Assembly (NCBI GenBank): GCA_040901675.1
Contig: JBBDYJ010000038.1
Span: 32,001 to 96,000, forward strand
Origin: Pirellulales bacterium
GTDB lineage: Bacteria; Planctomycetota; Planctomycetia; Pirellulales; JAICIG01
Length of the DNA: 64,000 nt
Reading direction: 5' to 3'
Of the stretch, positions 30,233 to 41,323 are shown one piece after another; the first letter of the stretch is position 1; every line of letters starts with the position of its first letter. The notes beneath the pieces are model-generated. The model worked only from the letters and a program-made list of their open reading frames with translations, was not told the DNA's origin and did not search any database. A program made the translations under genes and the position numbers.

Positions 30233-31864
30233 CTACGATCCGGCCAGACCCAGGCTCCGCTGATACGCCGAGCGCTGCGCGGCCAGGCCCAGCTCTTCAG
30301 TGATCTTTCGCCACTCCGCGGCCGCCTCGTCGAGCGCCGCCTGGCTGGCCGCCTCGCCCTGCACACGGCGCCGCACCGCCCGGTCGAGAGCGGCCAGGTA
30401 ACGGCCGCGACCCGGGATGCGCGGTGAGTCGACTCCCACGTGCTCGTCCAGCGACCGCTCGACCACCTCGCCATACAGGGCCGCCGCCTCCGGATCGGCC
30501 TCGGCGCCGACCCACTTGTGCGCCTCCGCCACGTGCGACCGGCGAAACAACGTCGCGTGCCGGCTGGCCGACGACACGCCCGTGCTCAACTTGGGGTCCG
30601 ACAGCCAGGCCAACAGCCGAAAGGCCGCCTCGGCGTGCGGCGATTTCTTGCTCACCGAGCCCAACCGGCCGTCGATGCCCAATAGCGGCACATGCGGCTG
30701 CTCCTCTCGCCGCCGCTCTTGCCACTGCCGCGACTCCAGGCCGTACACGTCGATCGACCCCGGCAACTCGACAAAGCCAATCTCGATTGTGCCAGCCACG
30801 GGGTCGCCGCTCGCGGCCGATCGCGGCGCTGCCGCCCGGCCGGCCGCGCCCGCCGATCCGGGCGGTGGCCACGCGATCGCAAGGCCGCACTCACCTTGCG
30901 AAAAGGCGGCCCACACGTCCGCCGGCCCCTGGTCGAGCTGACGATGCGAACCATTGCCATACGCGGCCGCCAGCTCGTCCAGCGCCCTGACAAAGGGAGG
31001 GCCCGCGATCAAAGGCTCCATCGTCTCGATATCGAACCAGGTCGAAACCTGGTCGCGATGCCTGGCATACGGGGCCGCACGCGCCAACAGCGCCAGCCCG
31101 GCCCAACCTTCGGCCAGCGGCTCCAGCGCGCCGGCCCACCGCGGTTGTTCGCCGCCGCCATCCGGCTGTTCTTGACCCGGCTGTTCTTGACCCGGCTGTT
31201 CTTGACCGGCCTGTTCTTGACTGGCCTGCTCTTCACTGGCAGTGGCCGCCCCCTGTTTGGCCAGCAGCTCGGCCAACTGCTGATACTCCTTCCAGGTGCG
31301 AGGCGGTTCGCGGCCGATCCGGCGGAGCAAGTCGGCCCGGTACGCGCAAACCAGCACGGGCGAACCGAACGGGACCGCATAAGGGGTCGCCCCCCAGACG
31401 GCATCGCGGTTCTTGGGGGACTCGAAGACGTCGGGCCAGTCAAGCGACGGATCCTGCGGCAGAGTGTCGTCCAGCGGCGCAAGCCAATCGCGCTCGGCCA
31501 GGAGCCCCAGGTCGCGGACCGGATAGATCAGGCAGTCGGCGTCCAACGGGCCGGCAGCCAGAAGCGCCTGCTCGGATGTCTCGGCAACTTCCAGCTCGGC
31601 CCCCGAGCTGCCTTGCCACTGGCCTCGCAGCAGACGGAGCGCCTTGGCCATCTCCGGGTCATCGACGACCAGCAGCTTGAGCGTAATGCCAGCCAGCGGC
31701 GGGCCGCCCCTTACGGTGGCTTGATTGGACTTGTTCTCGCCGCGAAAACAGCCGCCCGCCAACAGCAGGCAGACCACTGCCAGCCTGCGCCAGGGCGCTC
31801 GGCGGCTTGGCTCGAGATCGGTATCCGAACAACCTTCCACAATCAGGCTCGCTTGTTCTGTCAT
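30233..31864 (-). CDS. Extracellular solute-binding lipoprotein (ABC sugar-binding-like)
   Basis: LAGGC lipobox, YAVPFG..V..YRADLL, PPRTW; internal (QEQxG)n repeat. Confidence 0.8.
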   Translation of the reverse strand: MTEQASLIVEGCSDTDLEPSRRAPWRRLAVVCLLLAGGCFRGENKSNQATVRGGPPLAGITLKLLVVDDPEMAKALRLLRGQWQGSSGAELEVAETSEQALLAAGPLDADCLIYPVRDLGLLAERDWLAPLDDTLPQDPSLDWPDVFESPKNRDAVWGATPYAVPFGSPVLVCAYRADLLRRIGREPPRTWKEYQQLAELLAKQGAATASEEQASQEQAGQEQPGQEQPGQEQPDGGGEQPRWAGALEPLAEGWAGLALLARAAPYARHRDQVSTWFDIETMEPLIAGPPFVRALDELAAAYGNGSHRQLDQGPADVWAAFSQGECGLAIAWPPPGSAGAAGRAAAPRSAASGDPVAGTIEIGFVELPGSIDVYGLESRQWQERRREEQPHVPLLGIDGRLGSVSKKSPHAEAAFRLLAWLSDPKLSTGVSSASRHATLFRRSHVAEAHKWVGAEADPEAAALYGEVVERSLDEHVGVDSPRIPGRGRYLAALDRAVRRRVQGEAASQAALDEAAAEWRKITEELGLAAQRSAYQRSLGLAGS

Positions 31865-32185
31865 TCTGGCCCGTTCATCGTTGAGCCGAGCAAGACATCC
31901 TAGACGGCCTTAACGGATCGCGTCAAACACGCGTATCGAGTGCCGGATGGCGGCGACCAGTTTGTCTGTTTTCTCCCGTTCATCCTTCACCTTGTCGCCT
32001 TGTCCCCTTATCGTCTTGTCACCGTGTCGCCTTGTCGCCTTGTCCCCGTTGTCCTCCTCTCCGGCGCCCGCCCGTTGCTTGGGGCCGATTGTCCGGGGTA
32101 CAATCCCGCCTTCCATACGTGGGCGGGCGGGCGAAGGTGCGGCCAGAGGCGGCAAAACCAGGCGAGTGCCGGACGACGGACAACC

Positions 32186-33721
32186 ATGAGCGTGTTTCTC
32201 GGCATCGACGTTGGCACCTCCGGAACCAAGACGCTCGCCATCGACGAGCGGGGCAGAATCCTCGCCGAGGCGATGGAGACGTATCCCTGCTACCAGCCGC
32301 GGCCCCTCTGGAGCGAGCAGGACCCGGACGATTGGTGGCGGGCCACGGTCGCCACGGTGCGGGCCGTCGTCAAGAAAGCCCGCTTGAAGCCGGCCGACGT
32401 CAAGTCGATCGGCCTGTCAGGACAGATGCACGGCTCGGTCTTTCTCGACAAGCAAGGCCAGGTGATCCGGCCCGCACTGCTCTGGAACGATCAGCGGACC
32501 GCGGCCGAGTGCGACGAGATCGAGCGCCGCGCCGGCGGCCGCGGCAAGCTGATCAAGATGGTCGCCAACCCGGCACTGACCGGCTTCACCGCCCCCAAGA
32601 TCCTCTGGTTGCGCAATCACGAGCCCCGCAACTTCGACAAGCTGGCCAAGGTGCTGTTGCCTAAGGACGAAATCCGCCGTCGCCTGACGGGCGAGTACGC
32701 CACCGAGGTCAGCGACGCCAGCGGCATGCTCCTCTTGGACGTGGCCCGGCGGACCTGGTCCAAGCCGCTCTTGTCGCGCTTGGAGCTTGACATCGCCCTG
32801 TTGGCCGACTGCCACGAGTCGCGGGAGGTGACCGGGCAGCTCATGCCGAGCGTGGCCAAGCAACTCGGCCTTTCGACCGATTGCGTGGTCGCGGGCGGCG
32901 CGGGCGACTGCGCGGCCGGGGCCCTCGGCAACGGCATCGTCAATCCGGGCGTCCTGTCGACGTCGATCGGCACCTCCGGCGTGATGTTCGTCTACAGCGA
33001 CACGGTCAAGATCGACCCCCTTGGGCGGGTGCACACCTTCTGCCACGCGGTCGACGGCAAGTGGCACATCATGGGCGTGAACCTCTCGGCCGGCGGTTCG
33101 CTGCAATGGTTCCGCAACCAACTGTGCCAGGCCGACGCCGCCCAGGCCCGCAAGACCGGCAAGGAACCGTATGATATCCTGACCAACGAGGCCGAGGCCG
33201 TGCCGCCCGGCAGCGAGGGGTTGTTCTTTCTCCCCTACTTGTCGGGCGAACGCACTCCGCACGCCGACCCGGACGCCCGCGGGGCGTTTGTCGGGCTCAC
33301 CCTGGTCCACGGCCGAGGGCACATGGCGCGGGCCATCATGGAAGGGGTCACCTACTCGATGCTCGACAGCCTCCAGATCATCCGCGAGCTCGAGGTGCCG
33401 GTCAAGCAAATCAGGGCCTCGGGCGGCGGCTCGCGCAGCCAGCTCTGGCGGCAGATCCAGGCCGACGTGTTTGGGCAGAAAGTAGTCACGCTCAACAGCG
33501 AGGAGGGGCCGGCCTACGGCGTGGCCCTGCTCGCCGCCGTGGGCGCCGGCGCTTATCGCGACATTTCCGAAGCGTGCCGGGCCACGATCCGCGTGGTCAA
33601 GGAGACTTCTCCCAACCGCCAGGCGCAAAAGGTTTACCAGCGGGCGTTTCCCGAATACCAGCAGCTCTACCGTTCGCTCAAGGACGACTTCAAGCGGATC
33701 GCCGCCCTGGCGAAAGGTTAA
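32186..33721 (+). CDS. xylB: Xylulokinase
   Basis: [45 protein letters not shown]. Confidence 0.93.
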   Translation: MSVFLGIDVGTSGTKTLAIDERGRILAEAMETYPCYQPRPLWSEQDPDDWWRATVATVRAVVKKARLKPADVKSIGLSGQMHGSVFLDKQGQVIRPALLWNDQRTAAECDEIERRAGGRGKLIKMVANPALTGFTAPKILWLRNHEPRNFDKLAKVLLPKDEIRRRLTGEYATEVSDASGMLLLDVARRTWSKPLLSRLELDIALLADCHESREVTGQLMPSVAKQLGLSTDCVVAGGAGDCAAGALGNGIVNPGVLSTSIGTSGVMFVYSDTVKIDPLGRVHTFCHAVDGKWHIMGVNLSAGGSLQWFRNQLCQADAAQARKTGKEPYDILTNEAEAVPPGSEGLFFLPYLSGERTPHADPDARGAFVGLTLVHGRGHMARAIMEGVTYSMLDSLQIIRELEVPVKQIRASGGGSRSQLWRQIQADVFGQKVVTLNSEEGPAYGVALLAAVGAGAYRDISEACRATIRVVKETSPNRQAQKVYQRAFPEYQQLYRSLKDDFKRIAALAKG

Positions 33722-33729
33722 TCCACCTG

Positions 33730-34686
33730 ATGAATGCCGTCTATCTGACCGAGTCCGACGTCGATCATCTGCTCGACGTGCCGACCGCGATCGAGGCAGT
33801 GGAGGAGGCCTTTGCGCAGTTGGCAAGCGGCGACGCGGTGAACGTGCCCCGGCAGCGGGCGGCAGCGCCGCGGATCGTCCTGCACACGATGAGCGCCGCC
33901 GCGCCGTATCTGGGTCTGGCCGGCTGGAAGTGCTACACCACCACCGCCGGCGGCGCCAAGTTCCTGATCGGACTCTACGAGACCGATTCCGGCAAGCTGG
34001 TGGCGCTGGTCGAGGCCGACCGGCTCGGCCAGTTCCGCACCGGCGCCGCCACCGCCGTGGCCGCCGAGTGGATGGCCCTCCCGGAGGTTTCCGAGGTGGG
34101 CATCTTCGGCTCCGGCAAGCAGGCCCGCGCCCAGCTTGCCGCCGTCGCCGCCGTGCGGCCCATCAAGCAGGCCTTTGTCTACAGCCGCGATCCGCAGCGG
34201 CGCTGGAGTTTTGCCTCGCGGATGTCGGCCGAGTTGAACATCGAGGTGGCGCCGGTCGACAGGCCGCAGGAGGCCGCCGAGGAGCTGCCGATCGTGATCA
34301 CCGCCACCAGCAGCCGCGAGCCGGTCTTCGACGGCAACTGGCTGGACGAGGGGACGATGGTGGCGGCCATCGGCTCGAACTGGCCGAACCGGGCGGAGAT
34401 CGATGCCACGGTGGTGCGGCGGGCCGACAACATCGTCTGCGACAGCATCGAGGCCTGCCGTCACGAGGCGGGCGACTTTGTCGACGCCTTGGAGAAGGGC
34501 ATCTTCGACTGGTCGCGGGCCGCCGAATTGGCCGACGTGGTGGCCGGCCGCGCCGTCGGCCGCAGCCGCCCCGAGAGCATCACTCTTTTCAAGAGCGTGG
34601 GCCTGGCGATCGAGGACGTGGCCTTAGGCGGCAAGCTCTTGGAGCTCGCCCGCCAGCACCGCATCGGCAGCCCGTTGCCGTTCTAA
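33730..34686 (+). CDS. Ornithine cyclodeaminase/mu-crystallin family protein
   Basis: RTGAATAVA, IFGSGKQA, TATSS, FKSVGLAIEDVA. Confidence 0.9.
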   Translation: MNAVYLTESDVDHLLDVPTAIEAVEEAFAQLASGDAVNVPRQRAAAPRIVLHTMSAAAPYLGLAGWKCYTTTAGGAKFLIGLYETDSGKLVALVEADRLGQFRTGAATAVAAEWMALPEVSEVGIFGSGKQARAQLAAVAAVRPIKQAFVYSRDPQRRWSFASRMSAELNIEVAPVDRPQEAAEELPIVITATSSREPVFDGNWLDEGTMVAAIGSNWPNRAEIDATVVRRADNIVCDSIEACRHEAGDFVDALEKGIFDWSRAAELADVVAGRAVGRSRPESITLFKSVGLAIEDVALGGKLLELARQHRIGSPLPF

Positions 34687-35405
34687 GGCGGACCACCCCG
34701 CCGGGCCGCATCGAGTTCACGCTGCAGCCGGGCGATCTCGGCGTCTTTCGCCTTGAGGGCGGCCTCGGCTTTTCGCCGATCGGCCTCGGCCTTTTGCTCG
34801 GCCCTGGCGACAGCTTCGTGCGGGTTCGGCAGCCACTCGCTTGTCAGCGGGTCCCAGAAACGCAGGTCTTCGTCCGCTGCTTCCAGGTGCAGCGACAACA
34901 CGTCGCTCGGCAGACGGCCTGCCACTGGCTCGATGGGCAGATACTGTCCTTGCACCAGCCGATGGCCTTGTAACTTCGGATCCAGGTACTCGCCGAAAGG
35001 ATCGAACAGGAAGTACTCCCTCACCCGGAGCACGTCGCGGTACAAGGCGAGCTTCTTCTTCAGATCTTCCTTGCGGGTCGAGCGGCTAGTGACCTCGATG
35101 ACCAGGTGAGGCGCCGCGCCTTCTTCCCAGGTCAGGTAGTAGTCGCGCCTTTTGTCCTTGACGATCCCTTGGACGACGAACACGTCAGGCGAGACGTGCG
35201 TGTGCTTGTCGCCGGGCACGTAGTACATCAGGTTGTTGCCCGACACGTAAACCCGCGGGTTGTCGGCGAACCAGTTCTTAAGCTCGTGAATCGAATACAG
35301 GATATTCTGGACATGGGTATAAGTTTCCCCTATGGGACGGCCGTCCCCACTGGGATACTCCGGCTCGGCATGGCGCGGCAGTTCAGGTCCGGATTTGGTT
35401 GCCAT
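34683..35405 (-). CDS. Uma2 family endonuclease
   Basis: SPDVFVV, PHLVIEVTSRST, KLALY...VREYFLFDP. Confidence 0.9.
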   Translation of the reverse strand: MATKSGPELPRHAEPEYPSGDGRPIGETYTHVQNILYSIHELKNWFADNPRVYVSGNNLMYYVPGDKHTHVSPDVFVVQGIVKDKRRDYYLTWEEGAAPHLVIEVTSRSTRKEDLKKKLALYRDVLRVREYFLFDPFGEYLDPKLQGHRLVQGQYLPIEPVAGRLPSDVLSLHLEAADEDLRFWDPLTSEWLPNPHEAVARAEQKAEADRRKAEAALKAKDAEIARLQRELDAARRGGPP

Positions 35406-35701
35406 AGTCCAACGGGCCCCACGGAGAATCGAGCCTCCAGAATCCCCTACCAATTAACTTTACGACCGCTGCCAGCCATGTCCACACGAAATCCCGGCCG
35501 TCGCCAGAATCTGCCATGCCGCCCGCCGGCCTGTAACGCTGCTCGCCCGTCTGCGGCCCACGGTATGTTAGCTCTGCCGCTTCGAACAGCTTCACATGAC
35601 CTGACTTCCGAGTAGAATCAACTTCCGAGCAGGGGCGCTGTGCCGCAACTTGCGAGATGAGTTGCGTGGGCGTCGCCGATTCGTCGATCCGGATGTGCCG
35701 C

Positions 35702-36457
35702 ATGACCGAAAAATACTGGCTGCTGAAGTGTTGCCGCCTCTTCGAGCACCTCGCCGGTGAACAATTGGGCCGGCTCGAAAGATGCAGCCGGGTTCGGACC
35801 TTTGCGCGTGGCAGCCCGATTTACCTGCCCGCCGACGAAGCCAACGGCGTGCTGGTGCTCGCCAGCGGACGGGCGAAAATCTGCGGCTTTTCGGCCGACG
35901 GAAAGCAGGCGATCCTGGCCTTCGTCGAACCGGGCGAACTGTTCGGAGAACTGGCCCTCTTCGAGCAAGGTCCGCGGGAAGAATATGCCGAGGCCGTGGA
36001 AGCGTCGAAAGTCGTACTCATACCTGGCGACGACCTGCAGCGGCTGATGGAAGAATCTCCCGGCCTGTCGCTGGGCATCACCCGGCTGATCGGGCTCCGC
36101 CGCCGGCGCATCGAGCGCCGGCTCAAATACTTGCTGTTCCGCTCCAACCGGGATCGCCTGGTCAACCTGCTGTTGGAACTGGCCGAGCAATACGGGACCA
36201 GGAAACCGGAGGGACTGCTTCTCGACATCCGTTTGTCTCACCAGGATTTGGCGAGCATCATTGGGGCCACCCGTGAAACGGTCACGGTGATTCTGGGCGA
36301 GTTGCAAGCAGAGGGGTGCCTGAAGCTTGGCCGGCGCCGGATCGTGTTGATCCAGCCCGAGCGGCTGGCGGCAGGTGTCGAAGCGCCCGTGCCACGCCCC
36401 GCGGGGATCAAGCCGCTGCCGGCGCGCGACGCGAAAGCGCTTCCACGCATACTGTGA
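35702..36457 (+). CDS. Crp/Fnr family transcriptional regulator
   Basis: cNMP-binding-like domain (GELFGELAL) and HTH LSHQDLASIIGATRETVT. Confidence 0.93.
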   Translation: MTEKYWLLKCCRLFEHLAGEQLGRLERCSRVRTFARGSPIYLPADEANGVLVLASGRAKICGFSADGKQAILAFVEPGELFGELALFEQGPREEYAEAVEASKVVLIPGDDLQRLMEESPGLSLGITRLIGLRRRRIERRLKYLLFRSNRDRLVNLLLELAEQYGTRKPEGLLLDIRLSHQDLASIIGATRETVTVILGELQAEGCLKLGRRRIVLIQPERLAAGVEAPVPRPAGIKPLPARDAKALPRIL

Positions 36458-36468
36458 GATGTTTCACC
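36453..36468. promoter_or_regulatory. CRP-type box TGTGA-GATGTT-TCACC
   Basis: 9/10 match to TGTGA-N6-TCACA, 78 bp upstream of 36546. Confidence 0.65.
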
Positions 36469-36545
36469 GAGAAACCCCAGCAAACTTGCGATAAAACAGG
36501 TGGCGGCGGTCAGTTGCGACAGCTCCGCCCCAGGATCGAAGAACC

Positions 36546-38000
36546 ATGCCTCGAAAACCCGCCGACCCCGATCGTTGGCAACCGTGCCCGCCAGGCGAGC
36601 TCGTTGGACTCGCAGGTCGATTAAAGGCCAAGCGCCGCAGACGCGTGATCGAGGCGGCCCTGGCCACGTCCCTCGCGGCCCTGCTGATGGTCTGGGCCGG
36701 CGTTTATTTCGGCGTTCAGCGATCCCCGCAGCCGACCGACTTCGAATTCGGCGGCATCGCGTGCAGCGAGGTTCGCCCAATTGTGGCAAAGTACATGTCC
36801 GGCGAGCTCGATCCGGCGCTGGCCGCCCGCGTGCGCGAGCACCTTGCCCACTGCGCTGCTTGCGGGAGATTGATGGAGGGCGTGCAGAAGTCCGTTTCGG
36901 CGCCGTCGCTCCCACCGCGCCTTGCCGAGCGCCCAGGTGTGGCCGCCGTCATCGGCAGCCGGCCGTTGATTTCGCTGCGCGCGGTGGCCCTGTGGGCACT
37001 TTTCAGTGATGCCGCGGCTGACGATGCCGAGATCAGCCCCGCCGGCTGGCTGGCCGCGTTCGCGGACCAGTGGGATGACCAACGTTGGCTGTCCAAGCCC
37101 TCGGGCTACATGCGGCCGCTCGACGACGAAGGTTGGCGGGCCCGGATGCGGGCTTTCCAGGCACTGGTCAAGGCGGGGAGCGGCTCGGTCGACCCATTGC
37201 TACAAACTCTGCGCGAAGGGACCACCACCCAACGGATCCTGGCCGCCCAGGTGCTCGGCTATCTGGGCCAGGATGTGCCGCGCCAAGCGTTGATCGAAGT
37301 CGCCCGCGCCGACTCGGACCCCGCCGTCCGGCTCTATGCGATTGCTTCGTTGGGGATGCTTGGTGCCGCGGAACAGGCCGCTTTGCTCCAGGAATTGGCC
37401 GAGTCGGAATCGAATCGTGACGCGAAAAAACACATTGCCTATGCCGTGGGCCGCAATGGGCGGCCGCTCGACGCCATGGTGACAGCCAAGCTGGCCGGAT
37501 GGGACCTCGGCCGCCTCGACACGGCCAAGCTGGGACAAGCGGCGCCCGATTTTGAGTTGACCAGCTTGTCGGGCGAAACGGTCCGGCTGAGCCAGTTTCG
37601 TGGACAAAAGGCGGTGGTGCTGGTCTTCGTCTACGGCGACACGTGACCGGTCTGCCACAGGCAGCTCGCGCAGTTGCGCGACAACCTCAAGGCGATCGAG
37701 GCCGCCGGCGCCCAGCTCCTGGCGGTCGATCCACACGAATCCTGGTCAGCCAAGCACCTGCTCCAAGAGGTGGGCCTGGACACGGCCGACGTGCACTACC
37801 CGTTGCTCAGCGACCCGTCGCTGGTGGTCAGCGCCACCTACGGCGTCGCCTTCCAGATGCGGATCCACACGGAACTGAGCAACCGGCCGGCCACGTTCAT
37901 CGTCGATAGGGAAGGCATCCTCCGGTATGAACGCCGGGCGACGACGTTCTCCGATCGCCCCGCGGTGGACCAGGTCCTCTCGGAACTCAAGAAGCTTTAG
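36546..38000 (+). CDS. Putative selenoprotein: TM + zf-HC2-like + HEAT repeats + AhpC/TSA redoxin domain with U-P-V-C (TGA 37644-37646)
   Basis: ORFs 36546-37646 and 37674-38000 share one frame; APDFELTSLSGETVRLSQFRGQKAVVLVFVYGDT-TGA-PVCHRQL...RPATFIVDREG; hairpin TCGCGC-AGTT-GCGCGA downstream. Confidence 0.82.
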
Positions 38001-38502
38001 ATCCAACGCCTGGGCTGCCGCCGGTGCCCTCCACGTCCTCCACCGCGCCGGTAGGTCTGCGGCGCGCCGCGCGCCCGGCAGCCCACAAGACGACTCCGGC
38101 CACTGTTACCGGGACGACTGGAATCTCGATCAGCGTGGCCAGCACAAAGAAATATCGCTGGATAAAGTAAGACTGCCGCCAGCCGGATGCATGGGGCAGC
38201 CATGTCATGGCCTGCCAGATTGCGATTGCCGCCAATCCCACCGCGCCCGCGGCAAACAGCACCACGCCAGCTCGCCGCAGTGTAGCGGGTTTGGACGTTC
38301 GCCAGGCCAGCATAACCGGTCCGGCAAGAAGCACGGCCCAAAACGCATGGCACGACACGAGGGTCTGTAGCGGTGGGCCGCAACCCCAAGGGCCGCAGAT
38401 GTCGTGTCCCCAGTCCCCCGGTAGCTGACCGATCTTCAGGGTACCGAACAGAGCGGCCGCCCAACCAGCCGTCGCCAGTGCGCGCAAGACAAGCCGGGGC
38501 AC
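37987..38502 (-). CDS. Membrane protein with HxxCGPWGCGPP motif
   Basis: GTG start with AAGGAG RBS; four TM segments; HDICGPWGCGPP...SCH. Confidence 0.7.
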   Translation of the reverse strand: MPRLVLRALATAGWAAALFGTLKIGQLPGDWGHDICGPWGCGPPLQTLVSCHAFWAVLLAGPVMLAWRTSKPATLRRAGVVLFAAGAVGLAAIAIWQAMTWLPHASGWRQSYFIQRYFFVLATLIEIPVVPVTVAGVVLWAAGRAARRRPTGAVEDVEGTGGSPGVGSKAS

Positions 38503-38586
38503 CTGCTTCTCCTTCCCCCATCGAGGCCCGTCCAGATTGTACCGCGGGTGAGGGGGGGCGTGTGTGAGCCGGCACACACTGCTCTC

Positions 38587-38657
38587 GCTTTTTTCAACGG
38601 GCTGTCTGGTTTTGCAGGGCTTGGAACGTTGTATAGATAGGACCTTCCTGCCGCCGC
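38587..38657 (+). promoter_or_regulatory. Putative ECF-type promoter, copy A (upstream of precursor/MNIO operon)
   Basis: 60/71 identical to the reverse complement of 54149-54219. Confidence 0.75.
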
Positions 38658-38670
38658 ATTTGGTTGGCCA

Positions 38671-38686
38671 TGTGTGCCATTTCACA
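38671..38686. promoter_or_regulatory. CRP-type box TGTGT-GCCATT-TCACA
   Basis: 9/10 consensus match; a further box TGTGA-GCCGGC-ACACA lies at 38563-38578. Confidence 0.55.
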
Positions 38687-38795
38687 GTCCGCCGGCGGAT
38701 CAGGGATTAAGGTGCGGGAAGCGGGGGAAGCAGGCAAGGCGGTTCGCCTGGTCCCGACCGTTGTTCCATTCTTTGCACGCAAGCAGGAGACTGGC

Positions 38796-39227
38796 ATGAA
38801 GAAAACTGGCTTGACTCGACGTGACTTTCAGAACCTGTCGCTGGCGGCCGCGGGAGGCCTGCTGATCGGCGCCGGCGGCACCTCGGAGGCCTCCGCTGCC
38901 CAAGACAAAAGGAACGCCCAAGACAAGGACGATGACAAGAACCCGTTGCTGGTCGAGCCGCACGTCTGCCGCGGGCTCAACGCCTGCGCTGGATTGTCGG
39001 CCTGCGCCACGGCGGAGGCCCACGACTGCAAGGGTCAGAACGCGTGCAAAGGCCAGGGGGGCTGCGGCGCTCGCCCGGGCGAAAACGCCTGCAAGGGAAT
39101 GGGTGACTGCGCCGTGCCGCTCACGGAAAAGAAATGGAAGACGGCCCGCGCCCGTTTTGAGCAGTTGATGAAAACGGAACGCAAGGAATTCGGCAAGGCT
39201 CCGACAACGGGTAAGGCGAAGTCATAG
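38796..39227 (+). CDS. Cys-rich bufferin-like (BufA2-type) MNIO precursor with twin-arginine signal
   Basis: AGGAG RBS; TRRDF signal and ASA cleavage-like site; 8 Cys including CKGQNACKGQGGC and NACKGMGDC; directly upstream of DUF692. Confidence 0.82.
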   Translation: MKKTGLTRRDFQNLSLAAAGGLLIGAGGTSEASAAQDKRNAQDKDDDKNPLLVEPHVCRGLNACAGLSACATAEAHDCKGQNACKGQGGCGARPGENACKGMGDCAVPLTEKKWKTARARFEQLMKTERKEFGKAPTTGKAKS

Positions 39228-39258
39228 CCTGCCGGTGCGCTTCGGCACCAAGTCTCCT

Positions 39259-39301
39259 CGGCCGCCGCGGTGGCCCGCTACCACCGCGCCGGCCGCTTTT
39301 T
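39259..39301 (+). terminator. Hairpin with U-tract between precursor and MNIO gene
   Basis: CGGCCG-C-CGCGGTGG-CCCGCTA-CCACCGCG-C-CGGCCG-CTTTTT. Confidence 0.55.
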
Positions 39302-39377
39302 GAATCGCCCGCCCGCGCGGAAGTTGGCTTTTTCCCATTCTCGTTAAAAGTGCAGTCCTTGAGCCAGGCAGCGTCAA

Positions 39378-40301
39378 ATGAGCCCGCAGCGTTTAGGTCA
39401 TCCCGATCTTGGCATGGGCGTGGGCCTGAGGTCAGCCCATTTCTCGCACATCCTCGAACACCAGCCCGGGGTCGATTGGTTCGAGGTCATCTCCGAGAAC
39501 TTCATGGATTCCCAGGGGCGGCCGCGCTACGTCGTCGACCAGATCGCCGAGCGATATCCGCTGGTCATGCACGGCGTTTCACTTTCCATCGGCAGTTGCG
39601 ACCCCCTCAATTTCGATTACCTCCAGCGGCTCAAGCGCCTGGCCGACGGCATCCGGCCTCGCTGGATTTCGGACCACCTCTGCTGGACCGGCGTGATGGG
39701 CCTCAACACGCACGACCTGCTGCCCATTCCCCTCAACGAGGAATCGCTCCGGCACGTGGTCGAGCGGATCCGGATCGTGCAAGACTTTCTCCAGCGTCCG
39801 CTCGTGCTCGAGAATCCGAGTACCTACGTGACGTTTGCCGATTCGACGATCCAGGAGTGGGAGTTCGTCAGCCGCATGGCCGAGGAGGCCGACTGCGGGC
39901 TGCTGCTCGACGTGAACAACGTTTACGTGTCGAGCGTCAACCACGACTTCGATCCCACCGAGTATATCGGGCGGCTGCCTCATCGGCGCATCGTGCAGTT
40001 TCACCTGGCGGGCCATACCAACTGCGGCACGCACTTGATCGATACGCACGACGGCCCGGTCATCGACCCGGTGTGGGAGCTTTACCGGCTGGCCCACGAG
40101 CTCACCGGTGGCGTGTCGACGCTGCTGGAGTGGGACGCCAAGATCCCCGAGTTCCCCGTGGTCCATGCCGAAGCGCTCAAGGCCCGCCGCTGGCGGCAGG
40201 CCCACTCCAGCCCGCCGCCGGCCACCCGCCCGGCCATCCCGGCGGCGGCCCCCGTCTCGGTGCCGCAGCCGCTGGCGCACCTGGTGGTGGACGTTTCATG
40301 A
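39378..40301 (+). CDS. DUF692 multinuclear non-heme iron oxidative enzyme (MNIO, BufB-like)
   Basis: [56 protein letters not shown]. Confidence 0.95.
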   Translation: MSPQRLGHPDLGMGVGLRSAHFSHILEHQPGVDWFEVISENFMDSQGRPRYVVDQIAERYPLVMHGVSLSIGSCDPLNFDYLQRLKRLADGIRPRWISDHLCWTGVMGLNTHDLLPIPLNEESLRHVVERIRIVQDFLQRPLVLENPSTYVTFADSTIQEWEFVSRMAEEADCGLLLDVNNVYVSSVNHDFDPTEYIGRLPHRRIVQFHLAGHTNCGTHLIDTHDGPVIDPVWELYRLAHELTGGVSTLLEWDAKIPEFPVVHAEALKARRWRQAHSSPPPATRPAIPAAAPVSVPQPLAHLVVDVS

Positions 40302-41179
40302 GTGGTCAGCCTGCCAACTTGGCGCGCCTGCAGCGCTGGATGCAGGCCGTGATCATGCACCCGGACGGGGTCGAAGGCGGCGTGGGGTCGCCCGAAGCGC
40401 GGCGGCTGGTCGATATCGCGTTGGATCAACTCGAACAGGTGATCCACCCTTCGCGGGCGCTCGGCAGCGCCGAACGGCTCGAGATCTATGTGGATGCCTA
40501 TCATCTGCGGCTGATGGATTGCCTGCGAAACCAGTTTCCCGCCCTGGTGAACGCTTTGGGTGAAGCGACCTTCGATGCCGTAGCGTTCGGCTACCTGGGA
40601 GCCTACCCGTCGCGTGGGTATTCTTTGAACAAGTTGGGCGAAAACCTCCCCCAGTTCCTGGCCCAGAACCGCCCGCACGAGTCCGCGGCGCCCGCTGATG
40701 CGCCGTCGAGCTGGCCCGACGGCATCATCGAGCTTTCCACGTTCGAGCGGGCCGTGCAGGAGATCTTCGACGGCCCCGGCGTCGAGGGACAACGGCTGCT
40801 GGAACAAGCGGAGCTGTCGGCGATCGCGCCCTTGGATTGGCCCGGCGCTCGCCTGAAGTGTGTCGAGTGCTTGCGCCTGTTCCGCTTCGCCCATCCCGTA
40901 AACGCCTGGTATTCGCAACTGCGGCACGTCCCATGTCCGCCTCCAGGCCCGTGCGAGTCGCACGTCGCGCTGGTGCGGCAAGATTATACCGTCCGTCGCC
41001 ACGAGCTTTCGCGCCCCCAATACGAGTTGCTGCTGTGCCTGGCGGCGGGCAGCTCGATCGCTTCGGGCATGGAAGCAGCGCTCGGCGGGGCCCGTGACGA
41101 CGTGGCGGACTTGGCCGTCCAAGTGCAGGGCTGGTTTCAGCAATGGGCGACGGGGGGCTTTTTCAGCGGTGTCCAATGA
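40298..41179 (+). CDS. DUF2063-type MNIO partner protein (BufC/HvfC-like)
   Basis: ATGA overlap with DUF692 gene; ERLEIY..AY..RL..CL..QFPAL...LGE..F. Confidence 0.88.
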   Translation: MSGQPANLARLQRWMQAVIMHPDGVEGGVGSPEARRLVDIALDQLEQVIHPSRALGSAERLEIYVDAYHLRLMDCLRNQFPALVNALGEATFDAVAFGYLGAYPSRGYSLNKLGENLPQFLAQNRPHESAAPADAPSSWPDGIIELSTFERAVQEIFDGPGVEGQRLLEQAELSAIAPLDWPGARLKCVECLRLFRFAHPVNAWYSQLRHVPCPPPGPCESHVALVRQDYTVRRHELSRPQYELLLCLAAGSSIASGMEAALGGARDDVADLAVQVQGWFQQWATGGFFSGVQ

Positions 41180-41323
41180 GCGCGTGGAATGTGGTGCCGG
41201 ATACAGAAGCGGCCACGGCCCGCGCACTATGCTAAACAGCCGGGCGTTTTCGAAAGGCTTTTTGGCGTATTCAAGCCCGGGTTTACCCGGTTGAGCTCTT
41301 CAATTCAGTTAGGAGTCGCTTGC

